This document shows, piece by piece, positions 7,900 to 16,332 of a stretch of 44,844 bases of DNA. Source of the DNA: Bacteroidales bacterium. Its GTDB lineage: Bacteria; Bacteroidota; Bacteroidia; Bacteroidales; WCHB1-69. Location of the stretch: contig JAKSME010000004.1 of NCBI GenBank assembly GCA_024400785.1, positions 1 through 44,844 of the forward strand, given 5' to 3'. A program made the translations under genes and the position numbers. Numbering within the stretch: position 1 is the first letter of the stretch; every line of letters starts with the position of its first letter. Below the pieces are notes generated by a model, which was not told the origin of the DNA, did no database searches, and saw only the letters and a program-made list of their open reading frames with translations.

Positions 7900-9270
7900 A
7901 TGGAATACATTCATCACGCCTTGAAAATCAAGTACGACTTGTGCGTCGGCTGTTCCAACTGCACCAGCATTTGTCCTACCTGTTCCATCCATGTGGAAAA
8001 CGGCCGTCCCATTTTGGATCCTAACCGCTGCATCGATTGCGGCATGTGTTATCAAACCTGCCCCATGAATGCTATCTACATTGATCAGGACGACTTTGAT
8101 ACCATATATAATTATAAGTGTCCCGTTCTCTTGGTTCCTTCCATTTTCAGTGCGCAATTTCCGGAAAAGGTGAGCCAGAGGGCCATCCTCTCTGCCATTT
8201 ACCACCTCGGTTTCAGATATGTTTATGAGGTGGAAAAGAGCGTGGATGTACTGAAAGAGGTCATTAATGAAAAAGTCAAGGATTGTGATGCGGAAAAGCC
8301 AATCATTTCCTCTTTCTGCCCTGCCATTGTACGTTTGATACAGGTAAAGTACCCGTCGTTGGTGGGAAATCTTTTGCTGACGAAGCCGCCGTTGGATATG
8401 ACCGCAATCTATATCCGCGAAGTGCTTACAGAACACGGAATCGCCCCCGCCGACATCGGCATTTTCTATGTTTCCCCCTGCGCAGCAAAAATTGCCGCCA
8501 TCAAGAGCCCTGTGGGTGAGGAAAAATCCAATATCGATGGCGTTATCAATATGAACTACTTGTATAACAAGGTGTTCCGAATAATTAAACAGGGAGTTTA
8601 TACTCTTCGCGAAGATGAATTCGACTTTCACCCCCTCTCAAAAAACAGCATCCTTTGGTCGCTTACGGGCGGTGAAATCAAAGATATTGTCGTTGGACGC
8701 AACCTCGCTATTGACGAAGTTCACAATGTTTCCGACTTTTTGGAGAAGTTGGAAAACGAAGACCTCGACGGGATCGATTTCCTCGAACTGCGCGCTTGCG
8801 ATGAAAGTTGCGCCGGCGGAATCCTTTGCGCCGGCAACCGCTTCTTGGTCGCCGAACGCCAAAAGAAACGCGCAAAACAACGTCCTAAAACCGTTACTCC
8901 GTCTGAAAACAACATCCTCAATTATAAAGAATTTTTGCGCGAAAATATGTCACTTGGAGAAGTGAAACCCCGCTCCATGGACAAACTCGACGACAATATC
9001 TCCGTCGCTATGCGTAAAATGAAAAAGGTGTTTGAAATCACCAACGACCTCCCGAAGGTGGATTGCCGTATCTGCGGCTACCAGACCTGCAAGGCTCTCG
9101 CCGAAGCCGTGGTTAACAACCAAGCCGACATCCGACAGTGCTTCTTTGTGCAACGCATTCTTGAACAAACCGACAAACTTACCACCATGGAGGCCTTAAA
9201 ACTTACAAAAAAAGTATGGGGTGAAGTGAAATTGGATAAGGATTCTATCAAACATCTTGATTTAGAGTAG
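7900..9270 (+). CDS. [FeFe]-hydrogenase-like protein (putative sensory/group D type) with N-terminal 2x[4Fe-4S] and C-terminal Fe-S motif
   Basis: Ferredoxin motifs CVGCSNCTSICP and CIDCGMCYQTCP; H-cluster-like motifs SSFCPA, SPCAAK and ELRACDESCAGG; C-terminal CxxC-x4-C-x16-C. Confidence 0.85.
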   Translation: MEYIHHALKIKYDLCVGCSNCTSICPTCSIHVENGRPILDPNRCIDCGMCYQTCPMNAIYIDQDDFDTIYNYKCPVLLVPSIFSAQFPEKVSQRAILSAIYHLGFRYVYEVEKSVDVLKEVINEKVKDCDAEKPIISSFCPAIVRLIQVKYPSLVGNLLLTKPPLDMTAIYIREVLTEHGIAPADIGIFYVSPCAAKIAAIKSPVGEEKSNIDGVINMNYLYNKVFRIIKQGVYTLREDEFDFHPLSKNSILWSLTGGEIKDIVVGRNLAIDEVHNVSDFLEKLENEDLDGIDFLELRACDESCAGGILCAGNRFLVAERQKKRAKQRPKTVTPSENNILNYKEFLRENMSLGEVKPRSMDKLDDNISVAMRKMKKVFEITNDLPKVDCRICGYQTCKALAEAVVNNQADIRQCFFVQRILEQTDKLTTMEALKLTKKVWGEVKLDKDSIKHLDLE

Positions 9271-9346
9271 ATTAAAATATTTTTAAACTTTTAAACCCTC
9301 CCATTAAAGATGTGTCAACCACCCGTCTTTTTTGCGAAAAGGATTT

Positions 9347-10099
9347 ATGGAAGATTTACTTGAAAAATATAGAAACAACAATGCATTTTCTGTGCCAGAC
9401 GGCTATTTCGATGAATTGCCGGAACAGGTGATGCAACGCATCGCTGAATCTTCTGTTTCTGCTGATTTTTCGTTAGAAGACAAATTGGAAGGAGACTTTC
9501 CCGTTCCCGAGGGCTATTTTGATGCTTTGCCGGAACGGGTGATGGCCCGTATCGCTGCCGGTGAGGCAGATAAGCTGCCTGCCACCTTTGCTGAAAGCGA
9601 AGGCGAGAGCGACTTCCCCGTTCCCGTTGGCTATTTCGACGAGTTGCCCCAACAGGTGATGGCTCGCATCAAAGCCGATGAAACGCGCAAGTTGTTCCTG
9701 CGCCGCCGTATGGTTAGAATTACTTCCGTGGCGGCTTCGGTCTGCCTGTTGCTTGGCGTCGGCGCTTTCGTGGCACTGCACTTGAATAATTCCGATTCGA
9801 AACCGAATGGCCCGGTCGCTCGCGTCATTTTGGAAAAGTCAAAGCCCGAGTCCCACCCGGTTGCAACGGAGGGCAAAACTCTGGATTTGGAAACCGCATT
9901 GGCATACAATTCCGTTAGCGCGACTGAACCATCGGCAAAGCCGCAACATCGCGTCAATAACTCCAACTTAGCCACCGATGCCCGGACCGACAAATTCATC
10001 GATGACAATTTGGTGGACGAAGAACTCGATGAGATGGATTACGAAATTCTGGATTTTTACACCGACGACATCGCTTCATACGATGTGTGGGGATTCTAA
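9347..10099 (+). CDS. Hypothetical single-pass membrane protein with three FxVPxGYFDxLPxxVMxRI repeats (putative anti-sigma-like)
   Basis: Repeats start at 9386, 9497 and 9614. RRR precedes the TM segment VAASVCLLLGVGAFVAL, and the C-terminus is acidic. ATG 9347 preferred over TTG 9332. Confidence 0.75.
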   Translation: MEDLLEKYRNNNAFSVPDGYFDELPEQVMQRIAESSVSADFSLEDKLEGDFPVPEGYFDALPERVMARIAAGEADKLPATFAESEGESDFPVPVGYFDELPQQVMARIKADETRKLFLRRRMVRITSVAASVCLLLGVGAFVALHLNNSDSKPNGPVARVILEKSKPESHPVATEGKTLDLETALAYNSVSATEPSAKPQHRVNNSNLATDARTDKFIDDNLVDEELDEMDYEILDFYTDDIASYDVWGF

Positions 10100-10118
10100 A
10101 CCAGGTACATTTTTACAT

Positions 10119-10152
10119 AAAAAAAACGGTTGCCTTTTGACAACCGTTTTTT
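10119..10152. terminator. Bidirectional terminator between convergent genes
   Basis: A-run, ACGGTTG...CAACCGT stem, T-run. Confidence 0.85.
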
Positions 10153-10170
10153 CTTATTCATGATGTTCTG

Positions 10171-10875
10171 TTATTGCAGTGAGAAGGTAATCGGGAGGTT
10201 GAAGAATGAACGGCAAGTTTGACCATTGTTCTTACCGGCTTTCCATTTCGGCATGCTTTTTACAACGCGGATAGCTTCTTCATCCAAATCTTTGCAGACG
10301 CCGTTGAGTACAGTTACTTGTCTGATACTACCGTCTTTTTCAACAACGAATTCCAGCATAACAACACCTTGGAAACCGTTTTCACGTGCCGCAGGCGGAT
10401 ATTGGGTGTTTTCCATGAGGTATTTTCTCAAAGCTGCCATACCACCGGGAAATTCTGCTTTTTCCTGCGGAATACGAATAATGATTTCATCTTCTTCGTT
10501 ATCTTCAACGATTTCGATGTTATCGTCTTCCATTTCACCGAAAGCAGTTTCATCGTCAACTTCGGTATCAAAGTTAAGATCGGTCAAAACTTCTTTTTCA
10601 GTTTCTTTGAAAACGGTTTCGATCACTTCTTCCTTCATGGGTTCTTCTTCTGGTGGTGGTGGCGGTGGGGGAGGAGTCTTATCTGTGTTTGGCATTTCCA
10701 TTTCCTGTGCGTCAGGTTCTGCTTGGATTACCTGGCTTGCTGCTTCCTTTTCTTTAGCGCTTGCCCAAATGTCCAATGCCAATAAGGACAGGGTGAGGGC
10801 AACTGCGCAACCCAACAGGAAGAAGTTGATCTTTCTGGAGTCAAGGTCAGCCTTTGTGGTTTTTTTCTTAATCAT
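10171..10875 (-). CDS. tonB: Energy transducer TonB
   Basis: KKTTKADL plus TM, poly-Pro linker, and TonB_C domain (EFPGG...YPPAARENGFQGVVMLEFVVEKDG...EAIRVVKSMPKW). A -7 box TAATTTTG lies at 10910-10917. Confidence 0.9.
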   Translation of the reverse strand: MIKKKTTKADLDSRKINFFLLGCAVALTLSLLALDIWASAKEKEAASQVIQAEPDAQEMEMPNTDKTPPPPPPPPEEEPMKEEVIETVFKETEKEVLTDLNFDTEVDDETAFGEMEDDNIEIVEDNEEDEIIIRIPQEKAEFPGGMAALRKYLMENTQYPPAARENGFQGVVMLEFVVEKDGSIRQVTVLNGVCKDLDEEAIRVVKSMPKWKAGKNNGQTCRSFFNLPITFSLQ

Positions 10876-10978
10876 ATCTAATGATTTTAGATTACAAAAT
10901 TATTGGGTGCAAAATTACTCATTTTTATTCATATAACGAAGTTATTGGAAAAAAATTTTGTAAAGATGGTATTTTTAA

Positions 10979-12130
10979 TCATGCCCCACATATAATATGC
11001 AGTACTACAGCGGTTTGTCCGCGGTGAGCTCGGTTGCAGTAGTTGCTGAGGAATACCATAAACACATTTTGTGCCGGATAATAAAGAAGAACGTGGTTGT
11101 ACCCATGCCACAATCCTCCGTGATATACCAATTTCCCGTAGCACGGACTCATTTCCAAGTGCCAGCCATAGCCGTACAATTCAGACGGTATGCGATTGTC
11201 TTTCAAGTTGTTTTGTTGGGAAATTGCTGCATCGGTCATTTCCTTGGAAATGATTTTGTAATCGCGGAAATATGCCTTTTTCCATGCAAAAAGGTCATTG
11301 ATGGTGGAATACATGCCTTTGTCTCCGAAAGTCCCATCTAACCCTTTGATTTCTTGCGGAATGCGGTCGGCTTTGTGCCCGACGGCGATGCTGTAACCGA
11401 TTTTCGACGCCCGTTCTGTAATGTAAAAAGAGTGGCTCATTCCCGCCGGTTCAAAGATGTTTTTTCGGACATAGTCTTCAAACTTCATGCCGGAAGCTTT
11501 CTCCACGATCAGTGCCAAAAGAGCGTAGTTGGTGTTGGTGTATTTGTATTTTGTACCCGGGGCAAATTGAACTTGGGGTTTGTACTTCATCAGCACGTCC
11601 ACCACATCCTGATTCGTGGTCAGTCGCCCCACTGGGAACCATGACTCTTTGAAGTCAAAATATTCGGGTAATCCGGAAGTGTGAGCCAGCAGATTTTGGA
11701 CGGTGATGCCGGTGTAGGGAAAGTTTGAAAAATATTTTCCCATATAGTCATTCAACCCGATTTTCCCTTTTTCAACCAATTGTAACACAGCGGCTGCGGT
11801 AAACTCTTTCGAAACACTCGCCAACTCGAAACAGGTGTTCTCAACAATGGGCTGGTCGGTTTTGCCCAACGTTTTCACCCCGGCGGCGCGTTTTACCCAA
11901 ACTGCATCATCTTTCGCGATGAGCATCGTGCCATTCAGTTTTTTGCAAACCGAATCGGCGTATGACTTGATGGCCGTTTTCTTGAATGTGCTGTTCGCTT
12001 GGTTGAATAATTTGTTCAACTCGCTCGTACTCAGTGTTTTCAATTCTTTTTGCGGTGGGTTTTCCAATTTAACTTGTGCAAAAAGAAAGAAGGGTAAAAA
12101 GGTTAATAGAAGGCAAATGCTTTTTTTCAT
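10979..12130 (-). CDS. Secreted serine hydrolase, beta-lactamase class C/AmpH-like family
   Basis: Signal peptide MKKSICLLL...FAQ; SxxK (FELASVSK), LLAHTSG, YxN (YTN) and HGG motifs. Confidence 0.88.
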   Translation of the reverse strand: MKKSICLLLTFLPFFLFAQVKLENPPQKELKTLSTSELNKLFNQANSTFKKTAIKSYADSVCKKLNGTMLIAKDDAVWVKRAAGVKTLGKTDQPIVENTCFELASVSKEFTAAAVLQLVEKGKIGLNDYMGKYFSNFPYTGITVQNLLAHTSGLPEYFDFKESWFPVGRLTTNQDVVDVLMKYKPQVQFAPGTKYKYTNTNYALLALIVEKASGMKFEDYVRKNIFEPAGMSHSFYITERASKIGYSIAVGHKADRIPQEIKGLDGTFGDKGMYSTINDLFAWKKAYFRDYKIISKEMTDAAISQQNNLKDNRIPSELYGYGWHLEMSPCYGKLVYHGGLWHGYNHVLLYYPAQNVFMVFLSNYCNRAHRGQTAVVLHIICGA

Positions 12131-12148
12131 AAGTCTTGTAATGAACAG

Positions 12149-12186
12149 AAAAAGCAGGGGCGGTATCGATTTTACCACCCCTACTT
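12149..12186 (-). terminator. Terminator-like hairpin after pepD
   Basis: Minus strand reads GTAGGGGTGGTA-AAATCGA-TACCGCCCCTGC (with G-U pairs) followed by TTTTT. Confidence 0.7.
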
Positions 12187-12233
12187 GTTCTTGATGAACA
12201 AAAATGGTATCGCTTGAAGTTGCGATGAATGGA

Positions 12234-13682
12234 TTATTTCAAAATGCGGAAGAATTCGAGAATGAGGTCCCAGCATTTTTTCACCGTGGCGATTTCGAGT
12301 TTTTCGTCAGGAGAGTGGACACCGCGGAGTGTCGGCCCGAAGGAAACCATGTCGAGGTCGGGATATTTTTCGGAGAAAAGTCCGCATTCCAATCCTGCGT
12401 GGATGGCCTTAACGGCGGGCTCTTCGTGGAATACATTGTGGTAGGCTTCAACTAACAGTTTGAGTACCTGTGAGTTGGGATTTGGATTCCATCCTGGGTA
12501 GCCGTCACCTTGAGTTACTTCGTCGGCAGCTGTGGCGTAGAAAGCGCAAGCCACGTGGTCGCAGGCATCCTGCTTGCGGGTTTCAACGGAGCTGCGTTGG
12601 CTGGTGGTGATGACAATCTGTTCGTTAATCATTTTCACGGAGGCCAGGTTGGTGGAGGTTTCTACGAAGCCGGGAATGTCTTGCGACATTGCCAGTACAC
12701 CGTGAGGACAGGCGTACAAAGCGTTCATGATGTCGATTTGAAGCATTTCGTTCAAAATTCTTTTCGGCATGTCGGTTTTTTCGCATTTGGCATAAACGCC
12801 GGCGTCGCTGGTATGGAATTCGTTTTTGAAAGCGGCATCCATTGTGGATACATATTTTTCAAATGCCGGGGCATTTTCTTTCGGAAGGGTGATTACGGCC
12901 CAACCCTCACGGGCGATGGCATTGCGCAGATTCCCCGCTTGAATGTCAGCCAAACGGGCATCGTATTCCTGGTATGCATTCCAAAGAATCCTGTTGAGCA
13001 ACTTTACAGCGTTGCCGCGGTTCTTGTTGATGTCGTCGCCAGAGTGGCCGCCTTGCAAACCGCCAACCATGATTTTGTAAGCAACTGATTTACTTGGGAT
13101 TTCATTCTCAAAATCACATTCATAGGTGGCTACGGTGTCTTTACCGCCAGCACAGCCGATGAAGAGCTCGCCCCAGTCTTCGGAGTCAAGGTTGAGAAGC
13201 ATTTTGCCTTTCATAAAACCGGCCTGCAACGCAAATGCCCCCGTCAAGCCAGTCTCTTCATCCACGGTGAACAAACATTCAATCGGACCATGTTCGATGG
13301 TGTTGTCGGCAAGAAACGCCAACGCGATTGCGATTCCGATTCCGTCATCGGCACCCAGCGTTGTGCCTTTGGCTTTCAACCATTCTCCATCGACGTATGA
13401 TTGGATGGCATCTTTTTCGAAGTCAAAAACGGTATCGTTGTTCTTTTCACAAACCATATCCATGTGGGCTTGGAAAATTACCGGGGTGACATTCTCTTTT
13501 CCGGGAGTAGCGGGTTTGGAAATCAATACGTTACCAATTTCATCACGCTTGCTTTCCAGTCCGAGCTTCTTGCCTTCGTTCAATAACCATTCGGTCATGC
13601 GAGCCTCTTTCTTGGAAGGACGCGGAACTTTGCAAATCTCATTGAAATAATCAAAAATGGCTTTGGGTTCTAAATTGCTCAT
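12234..13682 (-). CDS. pepD: Aminoacyl-histidine dipeptidase (M20C)
   Basis: PRPSKKE, QAHMDMV, TTLGADDGIG, VDEETGLTGA, NLDSED, GGHSG, IHAGLECG and HSPDE motifs. Confidence 0.95.
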   Translation of the reverse strand: MSNLEPKAIFDYFNEICKVPRPSKKEARMTEWLLNEGKKLGLESKRDEIGNVLISKPATPGKENVTPVIFQAHMDMVCEKNNDTVFDFEKDAIQSYVDGEWLKAKGTTLGADDGIGIAIALAFLADNTIEHGPIECLFTVDEETGLTGAFALQAGFMKGKMLLNLDSEDWGELFIGCAGGKDTVATYECDFENEIPSKSVAYKIMVGGLQGGHSGDDINKNRGNAVKLLNRILWNAYQEYDARLADIQAGNLRNAIAREGWAVITLPKENAPAFEKYVSTMDAAFKNEFHTSDAGVYAKCEKTDMPKRILNEMLQIDIMNALYACPHGVLAMSQDIPGFVETSTNLASVKMINEQIVITTSQRSSVETRKQDACDHVACAFYATAADEVTQGDGYPGWNPNPNSQVLKLLVEAYHNVFHEEPAVKAIHAGLECGLFSEKYPDLDMVSFGPTLRGVHSPDEKLEIATVKKCWDLILEFFRILK

Positions 13683-13700
13683 ACTATTTTATATTTAATA

Positions 13701-15764
13701 TTAAATTTCTGGTTGTTTTTTTTCTTTTTTGCGCCACAAACGCAAAATGGCGATTTCTGCCAAAAGGAAGAATAAGGCGCAAAGTACAAAATAAAACCAT
13801 AGCGGTCGCCCGTGAATGGTTTGGATGATTTGGCTGCTGATGTCTTGTGAATCCCCAGTGATGAGTTGAATATTCTCATCCTTAGATTGCTGTCCAACAG
13901 CGTTTTGTAATTCTTCGGGTTTGTAGTATGCCAGTTGTGATTCCTTTCTGTTGAAGTTGAAAGCGATGGCATCCTGAACCGCGCCATCGTGCATCACATC
14001 GTAAATTCCGGCTTCCGTCATTTGGTCGTTGAAGAACAGCAGTGTTTCGTTTCCAAGGTTTTTCTGTTCGGGAATGATTTCGCCGTTGCCTTTGCGCGAC
14101 TTGAGGGAGAGTACGTTCTCGGAGCCTTCCACCGTTTTGGCGATGCTTTGTGAGTGGTCGACACCAATGGTGTTGTACAACTTTTGCTGCATCAAACTGC
14201 GGATGCCGATATTGTGCAGGGGAATGAAAAACAGCGCATGTTTGTGGATGTTTCCGTAATCGTCGTTCATCGCAACCGCCGACAGAATGATGCGGCCTTT
14301 TCCCACTTCATTCACAAATAGCAGTGGAGCTTGATTTTCCATGCTCATAACGGTTTCTTCTGCGTGAAAGTCGCTGAAAGCAAAATACTTAGTCGCAGTC
14401 GGCATGTCAATATGGCCGTCATTTTTCTCCAAACTTCCTTTGAAGTAAATGCTCTCGTTGTTGATGCTGCCCACTTTGAGTTCCTGTTGGACGATGCTGC
14501 CATATTGGCTGGCATGGATGGAGGAGAGGAAGTTGTTCCAACTTCCGCGGTCCATCTCTTCGGTGGGGAAGACGAGGACGGTGCCGCCGTTGTTGAGGTA
14601 TTTGGAAAGCTCGTCGGCTAGACCGGATGAGAGCGATTTCACCTCGCTCAGCACAACGACCGAACTGGCGGCAAAGTTGCTGTAGTTGATGCGGTCGACT
14701 GACATGGCGGTGTAGTTGAAGATGGAGTCTTTGCCGTAAAGTGCATGTAGATAGCGGTTTTCATCCTTTTCGCTAATCACCGTGATGTTGGTGTTTTCAG
14801 ATACGCGGTAGGTGAAATAGAGTTGGTTGTCAAAAGTGATGGGGGCGTCTTCTATGGAGAGAGTGCCGCAGTGCAAACCGGTGGAGGTGAGGGTGTAGTT
14901 GAGTTGGTACTCCGCCGTGCCGTTGGCTGCGACATCGATGGCAGCCATCGCTTTCTGTTCCCCGTTCACGTGCAATTTCATCGGTAGTTTTACCACATCT
15001 CCGTCTCCGCAGTTGCGAACGCGTACGGTTAAGGTGACTTGCTGTCCTTCACGAAATACGGGCGAGAGAAACCAACAGCTGTCGATAGAAATGTTGTTCA
15101 CCTCTTTCGCGGGTTTGTGAATTAGGTACGAAGCACTTCCATCTTGGTGGGAATATTGCTTGAAGTTAAAGTTATTTTTCTGAAAATCAGAAATATAATA
15201 ATGGAAAATGTTGCTATTGGAAGCTTCAGTGCAGGCATTTTTTTCAAAAGAAAGAAGTTCCTGCCACGTGCGGCTGTTGGGCGAAATTTCCCAGGTGTCC
15301 AACTCCTGCAACGCCTCTTCCTTCGTCAACTTCATGCGTTGCTTGGAGGAAAAATTGTTGTTATAAAGAATGAACTGGTCAGAAAAGTCAAAATTATTGA
15401 TGATTTGTCGTGCGTTTTCTATGCCGTCATAAAAAAGCGTTCCCTCGGCCGTATTGCTCTCCATCGAGAACGAATTGTCGATGTAAATGGAAACCAGGTT
15501 GCCCGACTTTTTGTTCGTGTTTTGGTTCGGAAAGTAGGGACGGGCGAAGGCAGTCACCAATGCGATAATTGCCAAACATCTCAAACACAGCACGATAATG
15601 TGCTTAACGCGGGACTCTCGCTTCGTTTTTTGCGCCACATCTTGCAGCATCTTCACATTGGAAAAATAGTACGTTCTGTACCTTCTGAAATTGAAAAGAT
15701 GTATCAGAATGGGAATCAAAACGGCTGCATAGCCAATTAAGAAAAGAGGTTGCGTAAATTGCAT
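13701..15764 (-). CDS. BatA/N-terminal double-TM domain protein with vWA-like, Ig-like and glutamine-amidotransferase-like regions
   Basis: IPILIHLFNFRR, LRCLAIIALVTAFARP, IDNSFSM (DxSxS), DNQLYF, N..RKES and C-terminal LWFYFV...AE motifs. Confidence 0.85.
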   Translation of the reverse strand: MQFTQPLFLIGYAAVLIPILIHLFNFRRYRTYYFSNVKMLQDVAQKTKRESRVKHIIVLCLRCLAIIALVTAFARPYFPNQNTNKKSGNLVSIYIDNSFSMESNTAEGTLFYDGIENARQIINNFDFSDQFILYNNNFSSKQRMKLTKEEALQELDTWEISPNSRTWQELLSFEKNACTEASNSNIFHYYISDFQKNNFNFKQYSHQDGSASYLIHKPAKEVNNISIDSCWFLSPVFREGQQVTLTVRVRNCGDGDVVKLPMKLHVNGEQKAMAAIDVAANGTAEYQLNYTLTSTGLHCGTLSIEDAPITFDNQLYFTYRVSENTNITVISEKDENRYLHALYGKDSIFNYTAMSVDRINYSNFAASSVVVLSEVKSLSSGLADELSKYLNNGGTVLVFPTEEMDRGSWNNFLSSIHASQYGSIVQQELKVGSINNESIYFKGSLEKNDGHIDMPTATKYFAFSDFHAEETVMSMENQAPLLFVNEVGKGRIILSAVAMNDDYGNIHKHALFFIPLHNIGIRSLMQQKLYNTIGVDHSQSIAKTVEGSENVLSLKSRKGNGEIIPEQKNLGNETLLFFNDQMTEAGIYDVMHDGAVQDAIAFNFNRKESQLAYYKPEELQNAVGQQSKDENIQLITGDSQDISSQIIQTIHGRPLWFYFVLCALFFLLAEIAILRLWRKKEKKQPEI

Positions 15765-15772
15765 ATAATCAA

Positions 15773-16324
15773 TTAGTTGTAAGATAAAAGATGGCTGTCA
15801 AGATCTTCAATCACGAACTTCTTTCCATCATAATACAGTTTGCACCGGCGGTCTTCGGAGCGGAAGTAGAGCACGCGGTAACCATTCACAAATTCGTTGT
15901 CCGGCCCCAAGTCTGCGTCGGTAGTCCCTGGTGTGCTGAACAAAATGTGAAATCCCTTTGCGGTCCGTTCGCAGATGTAGATGTTGTTGTCGCCCGACGA
16001 CCCTTGTTGGTAGCCGATTTCCTCAAAGAAGGTGCCGTGAAGGGAGTCTTGCATGTAGTTTGGCACACAAAAGTCGACATCTTCTGAAATGCAGTCGAAG
16101 GTGTGACGCCCGCCGTTTTTGTGATGGTCGCAAACGAAGGCTTCTTCCGGAATGATGGCGCTGTCGAGGTAGAAACATAATAATTCATCGATCATGGCGC
16201 TGTCTTCCAAGTCGAAAGAGACGATTTTTTCCGGCTTTTTTTCCTCTTTCTTTTGTTTGCAGCCTACGGCAAGGAAAACGAATGCCAGGGCAAACAGAAT
16301 GACGGATAAGTGGTTGATTTTCAT
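15773..16324 (-). CDS. Hypothetical lipoprotein
   Basis: MKINHLSVILFALAFVFLAVGC lipobox. Start placed at ATG 16324, 8 bp after the upstream gene's stop. Confidence 0.75.
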   Translation of the reverse strand: MKINHLSVILFALAFVFLAVGCKQKKEEKKPEKIVSFDLEDSAMIDELLCFYLDSAIIPEEAFVCDHHKNGGRHTFDCISEDVDFCVPNYMQDSLHGTFFEEIGYQQGSSGDNNIYICERTAKGFHILFSTPGTTDADLGPDNEFVNGYRVLYFRSEDRRCKLYYDGKKFVIEDLDSHLLSYN

Positions 16325-16332
16325 TTTGTTAA

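Noticed and set aside
10648-10676. (TGG)n low-complexity run as a contingency repeat
   Set aside because: It encodes the normal poly-proline linker of TonB.
10979-12130. Bona fide antibiotic-resistance beta-lactamase
   Set aside because: SxxK, YxN and HGG motifs are shared by the broad serine hydrolase/AmpH family, and the chromosomal housekeeping context gives no support for resistance.
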